From: a virus
Virus record (IMG/VR): IMGVR_UViG_3300032323_002950
Location: 1-64,000 of that record
DNA length: 64,000 nucleotides
Direction: 5' to 3' (one strand)
Part shown: in pieces, positions 31,055 through 41,880 of the stretch
How positions within the stretch are numbered: the stretch's first letter is position 1
Layout: every line of letters begins with the position of its first letter
Position numbers and translations under genes: made by a program
The notes under the pieces: model-generated
Database searches by the model: none
The model's input: the letters and a program-made list of their open reading frames with translations, nothing else
Told to the model about the DNA's origin: nothing

Positions 31055-31654
31055 ATGGCAAACATTACAGAATTAATTGATGTATTAAATGTAAAGAAAA
31101 AATATAATTTAAATTTCTTTATTGAAACCGGTACAGGTATGGGTGAGAGTATTGAAAAAATAAAAGACATTGATTTTAATTTAATACAAAGTTGTGAAAT
31201 AGAACCATCACAATTTGAAATTTTATGTAAAAAATTTATCGGGGATAATATAAAAATTCATTTGGGTAAATCTACAGAATGTTTACCAAAAATGATTGGG
31301 AATATTGATGGTCCCTCTTTATTTTTTTTAGATGCTCATTTTCCTGGACAAGGCTATGTGACAAATGATTTTATTACCTCTAAATATACATTGGATGAAA
31401 CAATACCTTTAAAATTGGAATTAAATATTTTAGAAAACTGGAAACACATTAAAGAAAGTGTGGTAGTAATTGATGATTTAAGAATATACAAAAAAAATAA
31501 CTATGTTACAGGTGATTGGGAATATGGTAGAGAAGAGCTACTCAAAAATCCTGACCCATCTTTTTTGGACGATTTTCTTAAAGAGTCCCATGAAAAAATA
31601 GAGTCTAATATACAACAAGGTTGTGTTTATTATTACCCCAAACAAAAAATATGA
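31055..31654 (+). CDS. Methyltransferase-like protein
   Basis: FIETGT, FFLDAH, VVIDDLR. Confidence 0.65.
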   Translation: MANITELIDVLNVKKKYNLNFFIETGTGMGESIEKIKDIDFNLIQSCEIEPSQFEILCKKFIGDNIKIHLGKSTECLPKMIGNIDGPSLFFLDAHFPGQGYVTNDFITSKYTLDETIPLKLELNILENWKHIKESVVVIDDLRIYKKNNYVTGDWEYGREELLKNPDPSFLDDFLKESHEKIESNIQQGCVYYYPKQKI

Positions 31655-32328
31655 AATTTTCGCATAAAAGAACCGGAACAATTGGGGATTTAGCAACTTC
31701 TTTTCCAATATTATCATCACTATCAAAAAAAGTTGGACCAATAAATCTAACTCTACCAATATTATATGATAATTCCAATTTTAATGGATTTAAAGAATTT
31801 TTAGAATATCAAGATTTTATAGGTTCTGTGGATTTTGATGACGAAGAAGCGGATTTTGATTTACAATGTCATCCAATATATACAGATGGGAATAAAATAC
31901 CTGTACAGACATATTATGTAAAAGATAAAATAAAAAAAGAATTGGGTATTGATATTGAGGTCGATTATAACCTTAAACTAAAGGTACCTTATTTAAAGGT
32001 ACCTGATGATATAAAAAATAAGAATATAATCGTAGATAGAGTCAAAACTCAAGTTTTAAAAAAAACAAAAATGTTCGATGATGATAATAAAAATTATTGG
32101 ATATTGCCTACAATACCATCTGAGTCTATGGGAAATACATTAATTTATAACATTAATGTTTGTATTCAGACTACAAAAGATTTAATAGTAACACCCACAG
32201 GATTACCTATAATCCTACAATTTTTTGATAAACCAATGAAAATATATCAATTAGACCGACCAGGAGAATTGGCTAAAGATTTCGCCTATTTCCCTGAAAA
32301 TAAAAATTTAACATTTATAAAATTATGA
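31651..32328 (+). CDS. GT9-like glycosyltransferase (divergent)
   Basis: Start moved to ATG 31651 (ATGA overlap); N-terminal GTIGDL...P..L resembles the GT9 IGD motif. Confidence 0.4.
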   Translation: MKFSHKRTGTIGDLATSFPILSSLSKKVGPINLTLPILYDNSNFNGFKEFLEYQDFIGSVDFDDEEADFDLQCHPIYTDGNKIPVQTYYVKDKIKKELGIDIEVDYNLKLKVPYLKVPDDIKNKNIIVDRVKTQVLKKTKMFDDDNKNYWILPTIPSESMGNTLIYNINVCIQTTKDLIVTPTGLPIILQFFDKPMKIYQLDRPGELAKDFAYFPENKNLTFIKL

Positions 32329-33314
32329 AAAAACAAATAAGAATAACTAGAAGTGGTTTTCCAGGAGTGGGACAATGGTCATGGATTAATTTTTTCAGAG
32401 ATATTTTGAGCGAAAAATATGAAGTAATAGTAGATTCTGAAAATCCTGATATAATTTTTATCACTAATTTACATTACGATGAAAACGAAATAGACCCTTA
32501 TACAGGTTCTAAACACCCTAAAATTCATGAACATCCGAATGCCAAAAAAGTTTTTATTAGTGGTGAGGTTTCTGATGGAATGAATTATGTTAACGCTGGA
32601 GAAAATTGGTACGCTTTAGGATATCAACCATATAAACACGATAGATTTTTAAGATTCCCAACATATGTTTTGGATGCATTTACATTACATAATGAGGGGG
32701 GTATGTTTGATTCTCCATTTGGGTGGATAACTAAAAAACGAAATTATGAAGAAACTATTAAGACAAAAAAACATTTCTGCTCAATAGTACAAGCAAGTTT
32801 TAATGAGATTAGAGATAAAATATTTGATGAGATAGAAAAAAAATACTATATAAAAAGTTCAGGACCGTATAGACCAACTATAAAAGAAGAAGAACATTTA
32901 AATAAACTTAAATATCATGATTACTCCAACAAAGAATATTTGGGAAAAATAGATGGTTTAACATACAGGGACAAAGTAAATTTTTTTTCAGATTCTATTT
33001 TCAATATATCGGTACAACTTACAGATGCTGATTATTTAACCCAAGAAAAAATAATACACGCGTTTGCCGCAAATTGCATACCTATTTATCACGGTAACAG
33101 ATATATTTTACAGGAGGGATTTAATCCTGAATCTTTTGTAAATGTGTTTGATTTTGAAAATTATCAGGATTTATTTGAAAGATTAGACCAAATTTACACA
33201 GACAAAAACCTATTAAAAAAATATTTAGAATCTCCAATTTTTGTTGATAACAAACTACCAATTTATTTTGATAGGGAATATGTCCTAAACTTTTTTGAAA
33301 AAATGATAGAATGA
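32325..33314 (+). CDS. GT10-like alpha-1,3/4-fucosyltransferase
   Basis: KVFISGE, KKHFCS, K..F...FNI, YLTQEKIIHAF...IPIYHG, FNPESFVN. Confidence 0.75.
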   Translation: MKKQIRITRSGFPGVGQWSWINFFRDILSEKYEVIVDSENPDIIFITNLHYDENEIDPYTGSKHPKIHEHPNAKKVFISGEVSDGMNYVNAGENWYALGYQPYKHDRFLRFPTYVLDAFTLHNEGGMFDSPFGWITKKRNYEETIKTKKHFCSIVQASFNEIRDKIFDEIEKKYYIKSSGPYRPTIKEEEHLNKLKYHDYSNKEYLGKIDGLTYRDKVNFFSDSIFNISVQLTDADYLTQEKIIHAFAANCIPIYHGNRYILQEGFNPESFVNVFDFENYQDLFERLDQIYTDKNLLKKYLESPIFVDNKLPIYFDREYVLNFFEKMIE

Positions 33315-33982
33315 ATTACGTATCTTTTTGTCTTTATGGTGATGACCCAAAATACTACATTGGAGCAGAACGGAACCTTGAAATGATTAATGAATTACTA
33401 CCAGAATGGGAGACACTAATATATTATTCTCCAAATAATTTTTTAAGTGAATATTTAGAAAAATTAATAACTTTGGGGGCTAAAATGATTAATGTTGAAT
33501 CACATCCACTTAGAGAATTTTTAGGTTACCCTATGTTTTGGAGATATTTAGTTTTTTTTGAAACAGGTAATGCTATTATAAGAGATTTAGATAGTAGAAT
33601 TTCACCAAGAGAAGTCTCCTATATTAATAATTGGTTGGAAAGTGATAGGGATTACTTTATTATTAGGGACCACCCATGGCACTCCCCAGTTCCAGGGGGG
33701 CTAGTTGGTTTAAAGATGAATAACTCAAATATAAAAGAATTTTTTAGTGATTTTGTTAAAAACAATGGTCTTAACTGGGGTGTCGACCAAGAGATGCTTT
33801 CTAAATATTTTGAATCAGTAGATAAATCTAATGTTTACTATTGTGGTTTTGATGACCAAACAAACTATATACGTAGAGATAATGAAAATTTTTTTATAGG
33901 TATTCAATTAGATGAGAATGATAATCCAATAATCCCAAGCGCAACTTTGGCAATAGATTTTTTAAAAAGTATGAGACTATGA
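33311..33982 (+). CDS. Putative GT-A-like protein, paralog of 14599..15249
   Basis: VSFCLYGDDPKY, MFWRY, IRDLDSR, IRDHPWH, GVDQEML. Confidence 0.55.
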   Translation: MNYVSFCLYGDDPKYYIGAERNLEMINELLPEWETLIYYSPNNFLSEYLEKLITLGAKMINVESHPLREFLGYPMFWRYLVFFETGNAIIRDLDSRISPREVSYINNWLESDRDYFIIRDHPWHSPVPGGLVGLKMNNSNIKEFFSDFVKNNGLNWGVDQEMLSKYFESVDKSNVYYCGFDDQTNYIRRDNENFFIGIQLDENDNPIIPSATLAIDFLKSMRL

Positions 33983-34869
33983 AATTAAACGATGATATTT
34001 TAAAAAATTATGATATTTTGTTATTATTCACTAGTCAAACTGGTTTAGGTGACAACTATGGATGTTTAATATCCGCCTCTGAAAGTTATGTTAAATTAAA
34101 AGAGAATGGACTCAGAGTCGTTTCAATCTCTAATCAAGAGTTTGACCTAAAATTACCGGGTAAACCTAGTTTGAGCGACTATCAAAATTTGTTCAATTAT
34201 GATTTTTTTGAAAATAATATTTTCTTCACATTTGAAAATTTTACTTGGGTTAATGAGAGACCATACAATGAGGATTTAAATTCATTGTACAATCATTACC
34301 TTAATATTAATCATTCTCATCACATTTACATAAATAAAAATTGTAATTTTAATGAAGTTAAAGAAATTATAGATTCTTGTAATATTTTAGGATATTCTCA
34401 CGAGTTGATTTCTAATTTAGAAATCAACACACCCATAAAATTTACTAGTTTAATAAATAAAGATATAGAATATAACTCTAGTTTGATTTCCTCAAAATAT
34501 AAAAAAATAATAGGTTTTCACGTTAGATTACCCGATGGTGGTAATTTGTATGATAATTTAAATGACACTATTAGTAATGAAGTAAAAAAAATAATTAATC
34601 AAAATAATGACTCTCATTTTTTAATTTCAGGAAAAGGACTTAATTTTGATAATTTTGAAATTGATTCAAATAAGTTCATAAAAATAGACAAAAAGTATAG
34701 TGAGGATAAAATTGAAAATTTAAAATATGACTTATTAGAAATGTCATTATTCTCTTATTGTCATGAAATATACACCTATTGTACTTGGAAAAGTGCCTTT
34801 ATGACATATCCAATATTACATAACAGACAAAATAAAAACTATAGAGAATTAATTAAATCTTTACTATGA
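33979..34869 (+). CDS. GT11/GT23/NodZ-like fucosyltransferase (divergent)
   Basis: GLGDN start motif, IIGFHVRLPD (HxRxxD), D(L)..MSLFS.C...S.F. Confidence 0.55.
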   Translation: MKLNDDILKNYDILLLFTSQTGLGDNYGCLISASESYVKLKENGLRVVSISNQEFDLKLPGKPSLSDYQNLFNYDFFENNIFFTFENFTWVNERPYNEDLNSLYNHYLNINHSHHIYINKNCNFNEVKEIIDSCNILGYSHELISNLEINTPIKFTSLINKDIEYNSSLISSKYKKIIGFHVRLPDGGNLYDNLNDTISNEVKKIINQNNDSHFLISGKGLNFDNFEIDSNKFIKIDKKYSEDKIENLKYDLLEMSLFSYCHEIYTYCTWKSAFMTYPILHNRQNKNYRELIKSLL

Positions 34870-35579
34870 AATATGTTTATTGTACTGTCGCTGTTGGCGA
34901 CAGGTATTACAAATCGGCCGTAAAGTTCGCAAAAGACCTGAACAAAAAAACTAAAGACCATCATGTGTTAATAGTTACTGACCAAAAATTAAAAAAAATT
35001 AAAAATACAACATTTTTAAAACTACCAAAAGAAGAAATAAAATTCTACCCGAATGGATGTTTTAATTATAATCTAAAGTATTTCCCGATTAAATGTGCTA
35101 TTGATTTAAAACCTAAATTTATATTGTTTTTTGATTCTGATTGGATAATAGATGAAAATTACCATCAGGAAAAAATTGACAAATTTTTAAATTTTTTTGA
35201 AATAAGTGAATACGACTTTATTTTTGAAAGACCTCATGGTATTGGGGAAAGTAAAAAAGATTGGAACAATTGTTTTTGGAGGCATAAAATAGAACCTTAT
35301 AAACTTATGGAAACTGACTTTTATGATAAAGGTCACGTATGTAATGAACAATTTTTAGCTTTCAAAAACAATAAGAAATTAAAAATATTTGTTAAAGCTT
35401 GGAAAAAAAGAAATAATTTCTCAATTGAAAACAACATTTGGCCATTTGCGGAAGGGTTAGAAATTGGAATGTCTTCTATTGATGCTGAAATGAATTTTAC
35501 GATAGATGGTATGTATTTGTTAAATTCTTGCTTTAAATTTTATTCAAATAGTTCTGACATACCATTAACAAGATTTTAG
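34866..35579 (+). CDS. Putative GT-A glycosyltransferase
   Basis: TVAVG.RY, LIVTD, LFFDSD DxD motif. Confidence 0.5.
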   Translation: MKYVYCTVAVGDRYYKSAVKFAKDLNKKTKDHHVLIVTDQKLKKIKNTTFLKLPKEEIKFYPNGCFNYNLKYFPIKCAIDLKPKFILFFDSDWIIDENYHQEKIDKFLNFFEISEYDFIFERPHGIGESKKDWNNCFWRHKIEPYKLMETDFYDKGHVCNEQFLAFKNNKKLKIFVKAWKKRNNFSIENNIWPFAEGLEIGMSSIDAEMNFTIDGMYLLNSCFKFYSNSSDIPLTRF

Positions 35580-35592
35580 AATAAATTAAAAT

Positions 35593-37260
35593 ATGAAAAT
35601 AACATTAGTAACAGGTTTATGGGATATTGGTAGAGACCAATTAGATGAAGGATGGTCAAGAAATTACCAACATTATTTAGATAAATTATCACAATTATTA
35701 TCCGTTGAAAATAATTTAATAATATTTGGGGATTCTGAATTGGAAGAATTTGTATTCAAAAAAAGAACCCACAATAACACTCAATTTATTTTAAGACAGT
35801 TATCATGGTTTAAAGAAAATCCATATTTTGAAAAAATTCAAAAAATTAGGAGTAATGATAATTGGTTATCACAATCAGGATGGTTAAAAGAATCAACACA
35901 AGCCAAATTAGAATTATATAATCCATTAGTAATGTCTAAAATGTTTCTTTTAAATGACGCAAAAATTTTAGATAAATTTAATTCTGAAATGTTATTTTGG
36001 ATTGATGGTGGCATAACAAACACGGTACATCCCGGATACTTTACACACGATAAGGTATTAGATAAAATATACGATTTGACCAATGATTTTATGTTTATCT
36101 GTTTTCCATATGATGCTGAAAAAGAAATTCATGGGTTTTCTTATCCTGAAATAAATAACTGGGCGGAAGAAGACATTAAATTAGTTGCACGGGGAGGATT
36201 TTTTGGCGGAAAAAAAGAAAATATTACTGAACTAAACTCCATATATTATGGATTATTAAATGAGACATTAGATAAAGGTTTAATGGGTACTGAGGAATCA
36301 ATATTTTCAATAATGACCTATAAATATCCAAAACTAATTACATATTATGAAATCGAAAATAATGGATTGATTGGTAAATTTTTTGAAGATATTAAAAATA
36401 ATAACGGAATCCCAAAAAAAATAAAACCCACTAAACAAATAACAAATTTATCAAAAATTGGTTTATATGTTATTGGATTTAATAGTCCAAATCAATTAAA
36501 GACGCTTATTCAATCTTTTGTTGATTATGATTTTAATTTTTTAAATGAACCTAAAAAATATCTGTTAAACAATTCAACTGATAGGTCAACAGACGAGGAA
36601 TATATTAGAATATGTGAACAACATGAATTTGAAATAATTTGGAAACATGAAAATTTAGGGATATGTGGTGGGAGACAATTCATTGCTGAACACTTTGATT
36701 CAACAGACTTGGATGGATATTTCTTTTTTGAAGACGATATGTTCTTTTATCCAAAAAAAGGAGAAGTTTGCAGAAATGGATTTAATAGATATATTGATGA
36801 CTTATATGAAAAAGTTATTGAGATAACTGAAAAAGAAAATTTTGATTTTTTAAAACTTAATTTTTCTGAATTTTTTGGTGACAACTCAACACAGTGGTCT
36901 TGGTATAATGTGCCCCAAGTTGTTAGAGAAGAATATTTCCCAAATAATAAAAAACTACCTGAACAAGGATTAGACCCAAACGCCCCAAGAACAAAATATA
37001 ATACGATTAAAACCCATAAAGGGTTACCATATGCAGATGGAGATGTATTTTATTGTAATTGGCCTCAAATTGTGACAAGAAAAGGAAATAAAAAAATGTT
37101 TTTAGAAACAACATGGGCTCACCCATTTGAACAAACATGGATGAGTCACATGTTCCAAGAAACTAAAAAAGGTAAATTATACCCTGGTATTCTTTTACTC
37201 ACACCTACTGAACATGATAGGTATGAACATTATGACAGGAGTATAAGAAAGGAGAGCTGA
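35593..37260 (+). CDS. HtrL/YibB(WlaTC)-like glycosyltransferase fused to a GT-A domain
   Basis: ITLVTGLWDIGR, FWIDGG, GGFFGG, GTEESI; C-domain NLGICGGR, FFEDD. Confidence 0.7.
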   Translation: MKITLVTGLWDIGRDQLDEGWSRNYQHYLDKLSQLLSVENNLIIFGDSELEEFVFKKRTHNNTQFILRQLSWFKENPYFEKIQKIRSNDNWLSQSGWLKESTQAKLELYNPLVMSKMFLLNDAKILDKFNSEMLFWIDGGITNTVHPGYFTHDKVLDKIYDLTNDFMFICFPYDAEKEIHGFSYPEINNWAEEDIKLVARGGFFGGKKENITELNSIYYGLLNETLDKGLMGTEESIFSIMTYKYPKLITYYEIENNGLIGKFFEDIKNNNGIPKKIKPTKQITNLSKIGLYVIGFNSPNQLKTLIQSFVDYDFNFLNEPKKYLLNNSTDRSTDEEYIRICEQHEFEIIWKHENLGICGGRQFIAEHFDSTDLDGYFFFEDDMFFYPKKGEVCRNGFNRYIDDLYEKVIEITEKENFDFLKLNFSEFFGDNSTQWSWYNVPQVVREEYFPNNKKLPEQGLDPNAPRTKYNTIKTHKGLPYADGDVFYCNWPQIVTRKGNKKMFLETTWAHPFEQTWMSHMFQETKKGKLYPGILLLTPTEHDRYEHYDRSIRKES

Positions 37261-37287
37261 TTATCATTTTTGGCGTATTTATTTAAT

Positions 37288-37641
37288 ATGGAATTTTTTA
37301 TTAAAAAAAACGCCACTCTCCCACTTCTAAAAATGCAAATAGTTAAGGATGGTGAAAGCTCGTTGGATAATTTTTCTGACGTTATTGAAACTGCTTTGAT
37401 TTATTTTTCTATGAAAGATACTTTGGATGGAAGACAGGTTATACTTAATAAAAAGGGAGGGTTTGTTGAGAAGGTATTTATTGAACCAAATGCAAAATTA
37501 GAGTATTATATCTACTATAAATTTTCTAAGTTTGATACTCGTCAGATTGGAAAATTTGAAGCGGAATTTACTTTAATTACTGACGAAGGTGACTATATTT
37601 TACCACATAGGGAAAAATTATATATTAATATTACTAATTGA
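37288..37641 (+). CDS. Small Ig-like adaptor protein (BppU N-terminal-like)
   Basis: Start moved to ATG 37288 (TATTTAT 5 nt upstream); [11 protein letters not shown]...Y.F...DT...G.FEAEF. Confidence 0.55.
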   Translation: MEFFIKKNATLPLLKMQIVKDGESSLDNFSDVIETALIYFSMKDTLDGRQVILNKKGGFVEKVFIEPNAKLEYYIYYKFSKFDTRQIGKFEAEFTLITDEGDYILPHREKLYINITN

Positions 37642-40600
37642 TGGAGTTCATTATAAGTCAAAATTCAACGTTATCTAAATTACGAATTGAGGTCACAAAA
37701 GACGGCAGGTCAGACTATGACAGACTTTCCAATCTATCAAATACAAGTAATATAACCTTAGATTTAATTAATACTGATAACGGATTAGTGTATTTGTCTA
37801 ATCTTACTTGTAGTGTTGTTAGTGAAATCAATCAATTAAATAGTTCAGAAACTTTATATTTTATAGAGTACCAATTTTCAAAAAATCAAACTTCACAGGT
37901 TGGGACTTATGAAATAATTATTACAATTGTAGACTCACAAGGAACGGTTAAATTAGATTTAAGTGGTAAAAATTATCTAACAATACAAGATAGTTTTTCA
38001 TTAGATGGTTACGGACCAACAACAGGAACAACTACTGACCAACCATGTTGTGTCGATGAGTTTGGCATTCCAACAAAAACTCCTACTCCATCCCCATCAA
38101 TAACACCAAGTATTACACCTTCAATAAGTCTATCTCCGTCAATAACCCCTACAAATACAATTACCCCAACAATAACAATATCAAATAGCCCAACAAAAAC
38201 TCCTACTCCATCCGTAACACAAACTAAAACTCCTACTCCATCCGTAACACAAACTAGTACTCTAACACCTACTACTACACAAACTCCAACAATTACTAAA
38301 ACATCAACTCAAACTCCAACAAATACTCCGTCAATAACAGTTAGTTCAACTCCTCCTGAAACTCCAGACCCATCAGGTACTCCGACTAATACACCAACTT
38401 CAACAAATACCCCTACTCCAACTATTACCTCAACGGTTACTAATACACCGACTAATACCCCGACAGGTTCAGTAACTCCAACTATTACATCAACTAATAC
38501 TCAAACTCCTACTGTAACAAATACTTCTACCGTAACATCAACTCCACCTGAAACTCCTGACCCATCAGGTACTCCAACCAAAACTCCAACACCAACTAAT
38601 ACCCAAACACCTACCAATACCCCTACCAGTACTGAAACACCTACGAATACTCCAACAAACACACAAACTCCCACTACTACGAATACTCCCACACAAACTC
38701 CTACTGTAACAAATACTTCTACCGTAACATCAACTCCACCTGAAACTCCTGACCCATCAGGTACTCCCACCCAAACTCCAACTTCAACAAATACTCCTAC
38801 TCCAACTATTACATCAACTATTACTCAAACTCCAACAGTGACTTCAACAGTGACTAATACTCCTACTATTACACCAACAAGTTCAGTGACCCCTACTGTA
38901 ACAAATACTTCTACTGTAACATCGACTGTTTCTGCAACTCCTGACCCATCAGGTACTCCAACCCAAACTCCAACTAGTACAGTTACTCCTACCCCAACAG
39001 TGACTTCAACGGTTACCAATACTCCCACTATCACACCAACAGGTTCAGTAACTCCAACTATTACATCAACTAATACTCAAACTCCGACCAACACTCAAAC
39101 TCTAACAGTTAGTTCAACTCCGCCTGAAACTCCTGACCCATCAAATAGTCCAACTCAGACACCTACCTCTACTCCAACAATAACTCCATCTGAAACACCC
39201 ACTCAAACTCCGACTAATACTCAAACTACAACATCGACTTTAACACCGACTCAAACTCAGACATCAACTTTAACACCAACAATTTCAGTATCCCCAACTC
39301 AGACCCCCACTAATACACCAACACTGACTCCGTCTGAAACCCCACCTGAAACCCCACCTGAAACCCTAACACCCACACCAACCCAAACTCCAACTTCTAC
39401 AATTACACCAACATTGACACCTACTTCTACAATTACTCCAACAATAACTCAGACTCAGACACCAACATCAACTTCAACACAAACTCCTACTCAAACTCCT
39501 ACTCCTGACCCATCAGGAACTCCGACTCAAACTCCAACTAACACTCAAACACCAACTAATACTCAAACACCAACGTCTACAATCACACCAACAATAACTC
39601 CAACTAACACTCAAACACCAACAGTTACTTCGACAGTCAGTAATACCCCAATTGAAAGCTCAACCCCTACTCCAACTCCGACACCAACTATAACACCAAC
39701 TATAACCTCAACTTCCACACTAACACCAACAACAACTCAGACACCAACTATAACACCAACAACAACTCAGACACCAACTATAACACCAACCGTAACTCAA
39801 ACTCCACTATGTGATATGACTTTATTGTTATGGGGTGACCCTTCTAATCCAGGTTCAGGTACATTTTTAAATAATAATACCCAATTCACTTTTGACACTG
39901 GTGATTTAACATATTATAATACTATTTTACCAGAACAATCAGTAATTACTATACAATTTGTTGATAGGCAATCATATGCGACATTTGTGGTTACCTCAAA
40001 AGAAAATGTTACCGGAACACTAGTCTTATTAACCGGAGAGGGTACTATTGTCGGTAGTCCAAATGGTCAATATTTTGCGGCATGTCAGGTTGTGAATGAA
40101 ACTAAAACTCCGACCCCAACGTCAACTCAAACACCGACACCAACACCTACTCAAACTCCAACAATAACTCCAACTTCTACAATTACTCCAACTTCTACAA
40201 TTACACCAACTCAAACCCCAACTTCTACAATTACACCAACTCAAACACAAACTTCTACAATTACACCAACTCAAACACAAACTTCAACACCGACTCAAAC
40301 TCCAACTCAGACACAAACTCCAACTCAGACACAAACTCCAACTCAGACACAAACCCCAACTCAAACTCAAACTCAAACACCAACTTCTACAGTTACACCT
40401 ACACAAACTCAAACTTCAACACCAACTCAAACCCCAACTCAAACTCAAACCCCAACTCAAACTCAAACTCCAACTCAAACTCCAACTCCAACCTCTACTC
40501 AAACTCCAACTCAAACTCCAACTCCAACCTCTACTCAAACTCCAACTCAAACTCCGACAAGTACAATTACTCCAACCATTACACCTACCCAAACTCCAAC

Positions 40601-41813
40601 AAGTACGATTACTCCAACCATTACACCGACAAGTACAATTACTCCAACCATTACACCGACAATTACAATTACTCCAACAAAAACCCAAACTCCTACTATC
40701 ACACAAACTATAACTCCATCAAACACACCTCCTTACCCGGCATTAAGAGAAGGTGGTCCTTATGTTGGCACAACATTTTTTAGTTTTCAAATAGCGGGGG
40801 GAACTGGATTTCCAGGATTCCAAGTTAATGGATTTTATTATCAATGCGTATCAAATAATCAATTTAGAGTTAGTAGTTTACTTACTAATGAAGAAATTGC
40901 AATTTTGACTATACCTACAGGATTGTTTTTGTCTAATGGTTATTCATTTAATATTGTTGGAACAGATGTATATATAACACTAAATGGTCAGCAAACAATA
41001 TTGATACTAAACACAATAACAAACACGTTCACTCAATTTACAAGCACGTCGTATAACGCGTCAAATTTATGGACATCGAATACAAGCCCAACCGCTACAA
41101 AATTTTACAGTATAAATCGCTCAGGTGCAACCAGTAGACTTTCTATCACTAATAAATCCACAGGTGTTGTGACTCAGAGTACATATACAATTGGATTTGG
41201 TAATTGTTCGGTCTATAGACCATTAGGTGGTACAGGACAAGGAGAGTTTTGGTTTTTTACATCTTTATCTGGCCTATTAGGATACCGAATTGTTGACCCT
41301 TTGAACGATACGACATTATTATTTTCTACCACAACTAATGTGTTTACCCAGGGATTACCATATTGTGCAATATATAATGCTGAATATGACATTATTATGG
41401 CGTTTACTAAAGGTGCCACAAGTATTATGTATATAATTGATTGTGCCAGCAGGACATTAAATTCGACTTTAGCCCTTACTACTGCAGGGGTTTCTGTAGG
41501 TATGGTAAACAATGTCGTTTACAACCAATTTAACAATGATTATTGGTGTGTTGCCGAAATCTCCTCTACTCTTTCGTCATCACAATCTTTTGTTATTGTT
41601 GTTAAAGTAGTAGCGTATGCTCCACCATTAACTCCATTCGGTTTTAATACATATAGAATATTTAAAGGAAATTTACCAAATACTGGTAATCTTAATTTTT
41701 TATCAGGTATTGGATTTACTCAATATGGAGCAGTAATCCCATATGGTCCAGTTAGTGCTACTGTAGGTTCAATACCTAACGGATATTATTTGTATTCATT
41801 AACTCCTTCTTAA
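37641..41813 (+). CDS. Mucin-like Thr/Pro-rich putative virion fibre protein 2 (about 1390 aa)
   Basis: N-terminal domain similar to the upstream small protein; two T/P tracts separated by a ~95-aa domain; C-terminal beta-rich domain; TGATG overlap. Confidence 0.7.
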   Translation: MEFIISQNSTLSKLRIEVTKDGRSDYDRLSNLSNTSNITLDLINTDNGLVYLSNLTCSVVSEINQLNSSETLYFIEYQFSKNQTSQVGTYEIIITIVDSQGTVKLDLSGKNYLTIQDSFSLDGYGPTTGTTTDQPCCVDEFGIPTKTPTPSPSITPSITPSISLSPSITPTNTITPTITISNSPTKTPTPSVTQTKTPTPSVTQTSTLTPTTTQTPTITKTSTQTPTNTPSITVSSTPPETPDPSGTPTNTPTSTNTPTPTITSTVTNTPTNTPTGSVTPTITSTNTQTPTVTNTSTVTSTPPETPDPSGTPTKTPTPTNTQTPTNTPTSTETPTNTPTNTQTPTTTNTPTQTPTVTNTSTVTSTPPETPDPSGTPTQTPTSTNTPTPTITSTITQTPTVTSTVTNTPTITPTSSVTPTVTNTSTVTSTVSATPDPSGTPTQTPTSTVTPTPTVTSTVTNTPTITPTGSVTPTITSTNTQTPTNTQTLTVSSTPPETPDPSNSPTQTPTSTPTITPSETPTQTPTNTQTTTSTLTPTQTQTSTLTPTISVSPTQTPTNTPTLTPSETPPETPPETLTPTPTQTPTSTITPTLTPTSTITPTITQTQTPTSTSTQTPTQTPTPDPSGTPTQTPTNTQTPTNTQTPTSTITPTITPTNTQTPTVTSTVSNTPIESSTPTPTPTPTITPTITSTSTLTPTTTQTPTITPTTTQTPTITPTVTQTPLCDMTLLLWGDPSNPGSGTFLNNNTQFTFDTGDLTYYNTILPEQSVITIQFVDRQSYATFVVTSKENVTGTLVLLTGEGTIVGSPNGQYFAACQVVNETKTPTPTSTQTPTPTPTQTPTITPTSTITPTSTITPTQTPTSTITPTQTQTSTITPTQTQTSTPTQTPTQTQTPTQTQTPTQTQTPTQTQTQTPTSTVTPTQTQTSTPTQTPTQTQTPTQTQTPTQTPTPTSTQTPTQTPTPTSTQTPTQTPTSTITPTITPTQTPTSTITPTITPTSTITPTITPTITITPTKTQTPTITQTITPSNTPPYPALREGGPYVGTTFFSFQIAGGTGFPGFQVNGFYYQCVSNNQFRVSSLLTNEEIAILTIPTGLFLSNGYSFNIVGTDVYITLNGQQTILILNTITNTFTQFTSTSYNASNLWTSNTSPTATKFYSINRSGATSRLSITNKSTGVVTQSTYTIGFGNCSVYRPLGGTGQGEFWFFTSLSGLLGYRIVDPLNDTTLLFSTTTNVFTQGLPYCAIYNAEYDIIMAFTKGATSIMYIIDCASRTLNSTLALTTAGVSVGMVNNVVYNQFNNDYWCVAEISSTLSSSQSFVIVVKVVAYAPPLTPFGFNTYRIFKGNLPNTGNLNFLSGIGFTQYGAVIPYGPVSATVGSIPNGYYLYSLTPS
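38068..40730 (+). repeat. Thr/Pro(/Gln) coding repeats with 192-nt higher-order period; unique insert at about 39810-40100
   Basis: Identical 74-nt copies at 38502-38575 and 38694-38767; TPDPS nodes every 192 nt. Confidence 0.9.
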
Positions 41814-41814
41814 T

Positions 41815-41843
41815 TTGACATTTACCAATTCGTAAATTACACT
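41815..41843 (+). promoter_or_regulatory. Sigma70-type promoter TTGACA-N17-TACACT for the DNA polymerase
   Basis: Perfect -35 at 41815-41820, 17-nt spacer, -10-like hexamer at 41838-41843. Confidence 0.6.
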
Positions 41844-41862
41844 TAAACCATATAAGGTAAAC

Positions 41863-41880
41863 TCCGACCTATAATTCGGA
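41863..41880 (+). promoter_or_regulatory. 5' leader hairpin (TCCGA-8-nt loop-TCGGA) before the polymerase
   Basis: 5-bp inverted repeat ending 26 nt before the ATG. Confidence 0.4.

Noticed and set aside
24531-40706. Val/Gly-rich minus-strand ORFs (24531, 25245, 38501, 38825) and the WSLS-repeat ORF (40416)
   Set aside because: They are antisense shadows of ACN/CCN codon repeats, which contain few stops on the reverse strand
24580-40730. Repeats as a CRISPR array or DGR template/variable repeat
   Set aside because: Repeats are in-frame, degenerate at third codon positions and lack unique spacers; no cas or reverse transcriptase gene in the window
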